This document shows positions 56,457 through 64,000 of a DNA stretch of 64,000 nucleotides, in pieces. This stretch comes from an uncultured Clostridia bacterium (GTDB lineage Bacteria > Bacillota > Clostridia > TANB77 > CAG-508). The stretch spans positions 1,213 to 65,212 of the forward strand of contig CASKJV010000009.1 in NCBI GenBank assembly GCA_949388605.1, in the 5' to 3' direction. The first letter of the stretch is position 1. Every line of letters begins with the position of its first letter. The position numbers were made by a program, and so were the translations under genes. Under the pieces are notes generated by a model. That model saw only the letters and a program-made list of their open reading frames with translations, made no database searches and was not told the DNA's origin.

Positions 56457-57530
56457 TTAGTTCATATATGTGTTTAATGGTTTTGCTCGATATGAAGGTG
56501 CTCCAAGGCTATCAGTAGTTATAAAGCCTGCCGGTGCATTTATTATGTCAGGTATTCTGTTTATAACAGTTGCACAAGTTCTTTGAACAGTTTGAGGTTC
56601 AGGAATAGTAATTGTTATCAATTCCTCTCCTTTTTCATCATATAGCGAAAAACTATATTCATCTTTTTCCCCTTGTGTATAAACCTTTCCAATACACTCA
56701 AACTCTATTTCTATACCTTCTTGTGTTTGTGTGTTAACAACAGAGCTCATTCCTATAACATTGGATTTTTTTATAGTAATACCTAATGTGGATGAAATCA
56801 AATCAGTATCAGCAATAATAGGTCTATTAAATTGATTTTGACTTGTTACATTAAGGCCTAACTTAGCAGCAATCCATCCATTTGTATTCCATCTATAAGA
56901 TGGTTTGAATTCCCCTTTTTCTATAAGATACTTTTGCTTTTCTTCTGATGTATAAGAAGAAAGTTCTTCTTCAAATTGTTGCAAAGAAAGTCCAGCTCCA
57001 TGTGCTTGAGCAAGTGCAATACCATAGTCCTCTACATTATATGAAGAACGCCCTTTAATCTTACCTATCTTAAAAAAAGAGCCAGCAATAGTGGTAATCA
57101 AATACCCCCATGCTACGTCTTGATAACCAGTTCCACATAAAGTACAATTATTTTTTCTTGCAATCTTATCTAAATCACTTGTTAATTTGGGGGAAGAGTT
57201 ATAAGGGTAAAAAGCTTCTTCACATATAGATAATACATTAACACCATAGTAGGCACATGTATGAAATATATCATACACATCTTTTAGAAAACTCTTGGTT
57301 GCCACTAAGCAAATATCTGGTTTGTTTTGCTGAATACTGCATTCCAAATCATTAATGTCTGAAATGAGAATTCCAGTTTCTTCTGTTCCGCAGATGCTCC
57401 CCACATCTACTCCAACCTTTAAATTATGGTCAAATGCACCAATAATATCTACACCTGATTCCATAAGGTTGTTAATGATTATCCGTCCCATTTTGCCACA
57501 ACCACAAATAATTACTTTTATTTTTCTCAT
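56457..57530 (-). CDS. Dihydrodipicolinate-reductase-like / 2,4-diaminopentanoate dehydrogenase-like oxidoreductase
   Basis: GCGKMG Rossmann motif, NVLSICEEAFYP, GTG.QD, TCATVINRIPD..NAPAG. Confidence 0.8.
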   Translation of the reverse strand: MRKIKVIICGCGKMGRIIINNLMESGVDIIGAFDHNLKVGVDVGSICGTEETGILISDINDLECSIQQNKPDICLVATKSFLKDVYDIFHTCAYYGVNVLSICEEAFYPYNSSPKLTSDLDKIARKNNCTLCGTGYQDVAWGYLITTIAGSFFKIGKIKGRSSYNVEDYGIALAQAHGAGLSLQQFEEELSSYTSEEKQKYLIEKGEFKPSYRWNTNGWIAAKLGLNVTSQNQFNRPIIADTDLISSTLGITIKKSNVIGMSSVVNTQTQEGIEIEFECIGKVYTQGEKDEYSFSLYDEKGEELITITIPEPQTVQRTCATVINRIPDIINAPAGFITTDSLGAPSYRAKPLNTYMN

Positions 57531-57763
57531 ATTTTTCCTTTCTGGCACATTACTAAATACCTATAAAAAATAATATTTTGGTTAATAATTTATCCATTCA
57601 TTTTAATTATATTACAAATAATGTTTGAAGTCAAATGTTTATGACAACTAGCATGTGCTATACATCATATGAATTAATAATATACACTAAATAGCCTAGA
57701 ATTAAATCCTAGGCTATTGTTTAAATGATTTAGAGTTTAAAATAAATTCTATATATTAATTAA

Positions 57764-58990
57764 TCACGCATTTAATGTTTCATCTCCATTTATTCTTATA
57801 AGTAAGTTTCCTTTTTTATATAATTTAGATAACACTAATCTATAAACTATACTTCTAGAATAGAAATCAATAAAGTTTACTATTCCAAATACAAACAATG
57901 CAAAAGAAGTATTTATAAATAATAAACATATAAAAAATCTTATTATAACACCTATAGTAGAGCCTATTAGAAGTATAAATGATTTTCCTTGTGTAATACA
58001 TAATGTTTTATAGGTTTCATATGGATATAGTCCAAATACACCAAGTGAATAAAATATAATATACGGAAAACATTTATATAATGGTAAACTACCATGTGAT
58101 ATTATTAAATAGATAAATGTAAATACAAAATTTAATGTAATAATTAAAGGGAAGCATTTTTTTCTCATGTTCATACAATTATCATATTGTTCTTTATAAT
58201 TTTTGCCTTCTGGCACTTTAATCATTAAAGTTGCTTGATATGCATTTGTAATAATCTCTAAAGTTAAACATACAGAATAACAAATAGTATGTATTCCATA
58301 ATTTTCAGTTCCCATATAACTTGCACCAACACCATATAATAGTAAAAAGATTCTAGATAATAGTCTCTCAGAAGAATATGCAAATCCATATTTAATTACA
58401 TTTTTTAAAGATTCTTTATTTGGAAATTCAAACTTTAATTTCAAGTTATATAACATATATATAATTGAGATAAGCCACGATATTATAGTTGCAGTGAATA
58501 ATAATGTTAAGTTTTTAGTAAGTAAATATGCTATTGTATCTAGTGCAACCAAAGAAATGTAAAAAACAGTTAAGCTCTTTCTATATAATTTTAATTGACC
58601 TTTAAGTCTTATTATTTCAAAAATTCCATTTGATAGTCTTCCTAATACAACATAAGCAACATAAAAATTTAATAATATACACAACATATCTTTCTGTATG
58701 TTGGTTAACTCAAATATATTTACTATCAATTTTTGGCAACTGAAAACTATGATTCCCATTAATATTCCAAATATAATATTAAACCATAAATATTGCCATT
58801 CATTTTTTCTTGTTGTTCTATAAGTATATATTCCTATTTCTCCAAAAGATTTAAAAATTGAATCTATTAATAAGAAACTTCCAGTTACTACTATAGCATC
58901 AATACTAATTAAGTTATTAAATGCTGAATCTATACTATCTGCTATACTCATAAATATAAAACTTACAAGAATTGACATAAATTCTTTCAT
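57764..58990 (-). CDS. Divergent MATE/MOP-family transporter
   Basis: ~12 TM, two-fold repeat, D...D in TM1. Confidence 0.6.
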   Translation of the reverse strand: MKEFMSILVSFIFMSIADSIDSAFNNLISIDAIVVTGSFLLIDSIFKSFGEIGIYTYRTTRKNEWQYLWFNIIFGILMGIIVFSCQKLIVNIFELTNIQKDMLCILLNFYVAYVVLGRLSNGIFEIIRLKGQLKLYRKSLTVFYISLVALDTIAYLLTKNLTLLFTATIISWLISIIYMLYNLKLKFEFPNKESLKNVIKYGFAYSSERLLSRIFLLLYGVGASYMGTENYGIHTICYSVCLTLEIITNAYQATLMIKVPEGKNYKEQYDNCMNMRKKCFPLIITLNFVFTFIYLIISHGSLPLYKCFPYIIFYSLGVFGLYPYETYKTLCITQGKSFILLIGSTIGVIIRFFICLLFINTSFALFVFGIVNFIDFYSRSIVYRLVLSKLYKKGNLLIRINGDETLNA

Positions 58991-59087
58991 CTTTTATCAC
59001 CTTTTTTATAATTCAAGAAAATTATACTACAATCGACAAAAAAATACCATCCTTTTTCAGAATGATATTTGTATGTATATGTTTTTT

Positions 59088-60107
59088 CTATTCACAAAAA
59101 TTTCTATCTATAAATGTATTTAAGTCAATTTCTCCATCTTTATCTAGTATATTTACCTCTTTATATTTGCATAAGTCAAAATCATAGATTTCTTTTACTT
59201 TATTGGTAACATGTCGGAAAAATTTAGCAACATCCTTATCAGTAGTATTAGATTCTGTTCTAAATTGCATATTTCCATTTGGACTAAATGTTGCACCATT
59301 TACATTAATGTTTATAGAAGGGTTTTCTAAAAGCAACCCCTTCATTGCTTTTCCAACATGATTTCTTATATGTCGATTGGCAAAAAAACTTCCTGCATTA
59401 CCTTCTGTATAATTGATTTTCAATGCTTCTTTTCTGTGTTCTATTTGAACATTATAAAATCTGTTAACTTTTTCTTTTCCTATATAATCTGCTTTTAATA
59501 CAATTTCTTTTACAAAATACTTTGTTTTTATTTTATTTGCTTGTTTTAAAAAACTATCCCTAATACCAAAAAAATTATCATCTGGAATTAGCTCTATAAA
59601 ATTTCCAGTTTCAAAATCATAAACAACTATTTTTTTTACAAAATCTGAGAACTGTTTTGAGTAATCTTTACAAATTACATTTGGATAGCTTGAATTCCCA
59701 ACAACTCCTCCTCCCACAACACCTGGTATACCTGTTAATGGTGAAAAATCATATCCCATCTCTTTTGTGTAGTTAACAAGTGCACTTACTGTAAGATTAG
59801 ATGTTACAAGAAATTCTTCTGTTTCTGGTTTAAATTTTATTTTTGAATTTTTTATATTTACATCAATAAATAAACCATCATATCCATTAGATGTTATATA
59901 TAAATTTGTATGTAAACCGTACATTCTAAAAGGCATATCGTTTTTATACATTTTATGCAATACTTTTAAATCTTCATCTAAACTTTCATCAAAAGCTAAT
60001 TGGTAATATCCTTTTGCTTTTCCAGCTTTTTTCTTATAAAGATGTTTATTTCGTAAGTCATAATCATATTCAACTTTACGAGAAAAACTATCTAATAATT
60101 CTTTCAT
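59088..60107 (-). CDS. Divergent MurB-like FAD-binding protein
   Basis: GIPGVVGGG, FGIRDS, NAGSFF, EV motifs partly matching MurB. Confidence 0.65.
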   Translation of the reverse strand: MKELLDSFSRKVEYDYDLRNKHLYKKKAGKAKGYYQLAFDESLDEDLKVLHKMYKNDMPFRMYGLHTNLYITSNGYDGLFIDVNIKNSKIKFKPETEEFLVTSNLTVSALVNYTKEMGYDFSPLTGIPGVVGGGVVGNSSYPNVICKDYSKQFSDFVKKIVVYDFETGNFIELIPDDNFFGIRDSFLKQANKIKTKYFVKEIVLKADYIGKEKVNRFYNVQIEHRKEALKINYTEGNAGSFFANRHIRNHVGKAMKGLLLENPSININVNGATFSPNGNMQFRTESNTTDKDVAKFFRHVTNKVKEIYDFDLCKYKEVNILDKDGEIDLNTFIDRNFCE

Positions 60108-60233
60108 TTAATCCTCCTGAAATAGTAAATTTACAAGTATTTTAACATCAATATATATCAAAACACAGCTGATATGTGATTTTTTGTTGTATTTATACAC
60201 TAATTATAACAAAATTTTTTCATATTTACTTAA

Positions 60234-60309
60234 TGGAGCTTATAGGCGGAATCGAACCGCCGACCTACAGGTTACGAATCTGTTGCTCTACCAACTGAGC
60301 TATATAAGC
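60234..60309 (-). tRNA. tRNA-Thr(CGT)
   Basis: GCTTATATAGCTCAGTTGGTAGAGC-A-ACAGA-TTCGTAA-CCTGT...GGTTCGATTCC...AAGCTCCA. Confidence 0.93.
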
Positions 60310-60484
60310 ATAAAAATATTATATCTATTAAAAAGAAAAAAATCAAGAAAAATATCTTGCCATTAAAAATTGTCCTAATACTTTATATTATAGGAATTTC
60401 ACAACAATTTCCTATAATATAATAATAACCACTTCATAAATTTGAAATGGTTATTATTATAATTGCAAATACGCCTTATTAAAT

Positions 60485-60667
60485 TTAGTCTATGAAATTT
60501 CTAAATTTGCTATCTGCTTTAATTTCTGCAACTGTTTCAAGAATGTCTTTCATTTCTTCACTTCTTTTATCACTCTTTGGTTTTTCAGTTTCCTTATACT
60601 CAAATCTTAATCCTTTAAATGCTTCTGCAAACAGTTCTAAAAAAAACTCATCAGATGGTACTGGTAT
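60485..60667 (-). CDS. 60 aa hypothetical protein with apparent ATA start (not in ORF track)
   Basis: AGGAGG 8 nt upstream of ATA; open frame IPVPSDEFFLELF...FRNFID*; terminator 60421-60458 follows. Confidence 0.5.
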   Translation of the reverse strand: MPVPSDEFFLELFAEAFKGLRFEYKETEKPKSDKRSEEMKDILETVAEIKADSKFRNFID

Positions 60668-61301
60668 TTTTATCGCCTCCTATTAAGATACCAATAAACT
60701 CCCTTTTAAAAATCCATTCACCTGTATTATTAGACTCAACAAATTTAAATTTAAGCTCGTCAAAATAGTTTTTAACTATTTCTATCTCAAATTCTTTTTC
60801 TACTCTTTCTACTGATTTAACTGTAATAGTTACCAAACTACTTAAAGCATATTTTGGATTTTGTATATCATATGTGAATTTTCCATCACGCATAATATTC
60901 TTAACTCGTTTGCATTCTTTTAGTAACTGATTTTTTCTTTCATTTCTAAGGTTTGCTAACCTTTTTCTAAACTCATGTAATTGTTTTGAAGCTGGTGTAT
61001 TACTATCTTCTGAAATACTTAACTGAAGCATGGTATGATCCATAAAAGATGTTTTAAATCCAAGCTCTTTTGCACTTTGAATAAAAATATTATCTATAGG
61101 CTCTTTTACATTCATTATATGTTTACCATCATAATCTTGCCAGTTGTCTAGTTGTTTTCTTAAATACGTTTCAAAATCATTAGAAATTATTCGTTTAATT
61201 CTTTCAATTTCTAATTTTTCTTTTCGTTTTTCTTGTCTTATTCTGGCTTCTTCTCTCCGCTTAATTTCAGTTTCAATAATTTCGTAAAACTCTTTACTCA
61301 T
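60651..61301 (-). CDS. Hypothetical protein (solitary orphan gene)
   Basis: AAGGAGG RBS before ATG 61301; promoter 61370-61398. Confidence 0.65.
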   Translation of the reverse strand: MSKEFYEIIETEIKRREEARIRQEKRKEKLEIERIKRIISNDFETYLRKQLDNWQDYDGKHIMNVKEPIDNIFIQSAKELGFKTSFMDHTMLQLSISEDSNTPASKQLHEFRKRLANLRNERKNQLLKECKRVKNIMRDGKFTYDIQNPKYALSSLVTITVKSVERVEKEFEIEIVKNYFDELKFKFVESNNTGEWIFKREFIGILIGGDKNTSTI

Positions 61302-61523
61302 TTTTGTCCTCCTTATTTTTGTTATTAATCTTCTTGTAAAAATGAAGACTTCTAATTTATAGTGTATCAATTATACTTCAATTTACATAAATAGTCAATC
61401 GTGTTATACAGAACCGTGTGCAATATTTCCCAAAGGTTTTCTATAATAGGAATTGCGGAGCAGTTTCCTATTATAATAAAAATAAGTAGTTATAATTAAC
61501 TACTTATTTTTATTATAATTTTT

Positions 61524-62804
61524 TTATTGAGCTGTATTTGATTCTTCAGGAGTTACATTATTTTCTGTATCTGGTGTTTCACTTTCTGGATTTTCATTTT
61601 CTTGTCCATCTGTGTTTACATTTTCTGCTGTATCTTCAGTATCATTAATACTGTTATAATATTCTTCATAATTTAATGTATAAATTTTCTTTTCTTCTCC
61701 ACTTGCATCTGATTTTACAAGATTTATAAAACCTGAATTATCATCACTATCCATATACATTACCCAATCACCAACTAAATTAATATATCCTGAGTATGAT
61801 GATAATGTTTTAATATTTTGAGCTTGTTCGTCTGAACCATCTGCTTTTATTCTATATAAGCAAACTGTATAATCTTCATTTTCGACGTCTGCATAATTTA
61901 AGAAATATAAGTAATTATCTTTTAAATTTAAGTTATATGCTGTAGTATCTAAAATTAATTCTTGTTCACCTGAGTCTATTTCTGTTTTATATATTTGTTT
62001 TTCAGCATTAGTATAGTATATATAATTTTCTGAAACATCAACACTATATAATCTTTCATTTTCAATTATAGCTCTAGAATTTGAGCCATCTATATTCATA
62101 ATATGTGTTATATAATTATCTCCAGCTTCATTTTGAACATTATAAATAATATATTTATTTGTAATTCCAATATATCCTGTACCGTTTTCAGAAACTAATT
62201 CTCTATTTGTTCCATCTAAGTTCATTTTGTATATATTTTGATCAACACCAATATAGTAAATTGAATTATTTAAAGCATATATTTCGTAACATTCATTATT
62301 AAACTCATTATCATTAATAACTTCTAAGTCAGAACCATCTTTTTTCATTTTATAAATTTTATTATCTATTTCATCTGTCTCACTATAAGAACTAGAACCA
62401 ATTCCTATAAAATAAATATAGTTTTTATATGAGTTTATAGAAACTATATCCATATCATCCATTAATAATTCTTGTTTTTCATCACCATTATTTTTAACTT
62501 TCGAAATTCCTACTTTTGTACTATCTTCATTTGGAGATAAATAATAAATCCATTTTCCGTCAGAAGCTCCGTATCCATAATTTCTAATATTTCCTATAGA
62601 ATTTCCTATATTAGAAGAATTTCCTAATACTTTTATAACACATAAAACTATAACTGCTAATATAACTACAGCTATGGCTATTACAAGCTTTAATTTACTA
62701 TTTTTTTCAGTTTTATCTGATGAAACCTCAAATTTTTTCTCACAATCTTCACAGACTGTTTTTTCACCTTCTGGTATCTCTTTTCCACATTTAGTACAAT
62801 TCAT
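61524..62804 (-). CDS. Zinc-ribbon, TM anchor, DUF5050-type beta-propeller protein
   Basis: CTKCG..C..C, TM, repeated IYY...IYK...DG motifs, acidic tail. Confidence 0.8.
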   Translation of the reverse strand: MNCTKCGKEIPEGEKTVCEDCEKKFEVSSDKTEKNSKLKLVIAIAVVILAVIVLCVIKVLGNSSNIGNSIGNIRNYGYGASDGKWIYYLSPNEDSTKVGISKVKNNGDEKQELLMDDMDIVSINSYKNYIYFIGIGSSSYSETDEIDNKIYKMKKDGSDLEVINDNEFNNECYEIYALNNSIYYIGVDQNIYKMNLDGTNRELVSENGTGYIGITNKYIIYNVQNEAGDNYITHIMNIDGSNSRAIIENERLYSVDVSENYIYYTNAEKQIYKTEIDSGEQELILDTTAYNLNLKDNYLYFLNYADVENEDYTVCLYRIKADGSDEQAQNIKTLSSYSGYINLVGDWVMYMDSDDNSGFINLVKSDASGEEKKIYTLNYEEYYNSINDTEDTAENVNTDGQENENPESETPDTENNVTPEESNTAQ

Positions 62805-62973
62805 TAAATCTTCCTCCTTTTTATTTGTGTGAAAATTAACAAAGTTATAAAACTCAATCCATTCACAAACATTTTATATAAAATTATTATATAAACAATA
62901 TAGTAGGACAATTTAATAACTCTTAACTTTAAAATTATAAATTGTCCTTTCTTTTTATTTTAAACTTTTAATA

Positions 62974-64000
62974 TTAATTATTCAAAGTGAAATAATTATA
63001 ACCTTGTATATAATTTAATAAATAAACAACGTCTGATATATTAAAATCACTATTATTTTTTACACATGCTGCTACTTTATAATCTTCTTCAACTTTAGTA
63101 GTACCTTTTAATATGTTAAGCATTCGAACTGCATCTGTTATAGACACATTTCCATCTCCATTAACATCACCTCTTTTTATAATTGAATGTGTTTTACCAT
63201 TAATTGTAACTTTATATCCTGTTCCTACACTTCCTGAAGTGATTTCTTTACCAGAAGCATCTGTAACTATTACCTCATTATATTTTGTTTTCAAGTCTTC
63301 ATAAGTTATATCTGGTAAAGTTTTTAAATACTTTTCTTCAAGAACTATATCTGTTTCTAAATTTTTGTCTGGCTTTGGTGGTTTTGGTTTTGATGGTGTT
63401 TCTGGAACTGAAGGTATCTCTGGTTCTACTGGTGGATCATAAGGTGTATTAGATGAAGTTCCACTTGAGCTTCCTGTTGTTCCTGTTGAAGCTATACAAA
63501 CATCACCGCCTACTATTCTAGCTGCATATCCATAAGTTCCGTCTTTACTTGAAACAATTAAGTCCCAATAATATCCACCTACTTGTGTTGTAGCTCTTTG
63601 CAATATTTTAATAGGCTCATTATTATTTAAAGCACCTATTGCTGTACCATTAGCAGAAGCTCTAACTTTTAAAGATTTAGTAACATTTTGTACAACACCG
63701 TTTTCATATGAAATGTTATTTACTTGTGTAACATTTGGCCTACCACAAGCTGTTCTAGGCATGTTTTCATATACTGGTATAATAAATACATGATTATTTG
63801 TATTTAAATTACTATAATAAGCTTTAAAACTTGATCCTTGACTTTGTGCTGCCATTATATTTTGTTGATATTGATGAGATGCCAATGTAGATTTTCCTGA
63901 TACATTAAATTTTTGATAATATAAAGTATCTTGTCTATATTCATTTATATATGTATTTTTTACTTCTGCTACTCCTCCTAATATAGAGGCTCTAATAGAA
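62974..64000 (-). CDS. Cell-wall glucosaminidase-like hydrolase with SH3-like and dockerin-like domains; 5' end outside window
   Basis: Frame open to window end: SILGG..YI...QDTLYYQKF..HQY..NI; LKVRASA SH3b-like; GDVNGDGNVSITD dockerin repeat. Confidence 0.8.
   Translation of the reverse strand, partial: SIRASILGGVAEVKNTYINEYRQDTLYYQKFNVSGKSTLASHQYQQNIMAAQSQGSSFKAYYSNLNTNNHVFIIPVYENMPRTACGRPNVTQVNNISYENGVVQNVTKSLKVRASANGTAIGALNNNEPIKILQRATTQVGGYYWDLIVSSKDGTYGYAARIVGGDVCIASTGTTGSSSGTSSNTPYDPPVEPEIPSVPETPSKPKPPKPDKNLETDIVLEEKYLKTLPDITYEDLKTKYNEVIVTDASGKEITSGSVGTGYKVTINGKTHSIIKRGDVNGDGNVSITDAVRMLNILKGTTKVEEDYKVAACVKNNSDFNISDVVYLLNYIQGYNYFTLNN

Noticed and set aside
60683-60706. Possible +1 shift at AGG (AAA-A-GGG) that would end the gene just before the next RBS
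   Set aside because: Single case with no homology support; in-frame AGG reads through normally in pepV (SKRIRL)

Overview
Very AT-rich chromosomal segment of an anaerobic Clostridia-like Firmicute. A GITLVAL...ILAG pilin-like peptide suggests the uncultured gut order TANB77/CAG-269-like clade (inference). Most genes are on the minus strand. The backbone holds tyrS, ispG, pyrBI, truB, rlmH, guaA, pepV, xerD, spoIIM, mtnN, apt, deoB, a helD-like gene, thrS with a T-box, rnpB, tRNA-Leu(CAA) and tRNA-Thr(CGT). Many solitary orphan genes with their own promoter and terminator are interspersed. An ~8.2 kb integrative mobilizable element (large serine recombinase, TnpV, MobC, relaxase, cargo, type I toxin-antitoxin) sits at the tRNA-Leu 3' end. 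Main finding: four unrelated genes (spoIIM, relaxase, serine recombinase, a small element gene) are each broken at an in-frame CGG. Each is restored to one continuous reading frame by skipping that single C so that the next codon is Gly (C-GGN). This points to CGG-triggered +1 recoding (frameshifting or 4-base decoding). By manual scan, in-frame CGG is otherwise absent from housekeeping genes and occurs only in orphan genes, mostly within their first 16 codons. Other findings are a dispersed terminator-adjacent palindromic repeat family, a shared promoter-spacer motif in orphan genes, a shared 5' leader hairpin and an unannotated mini-pilin.
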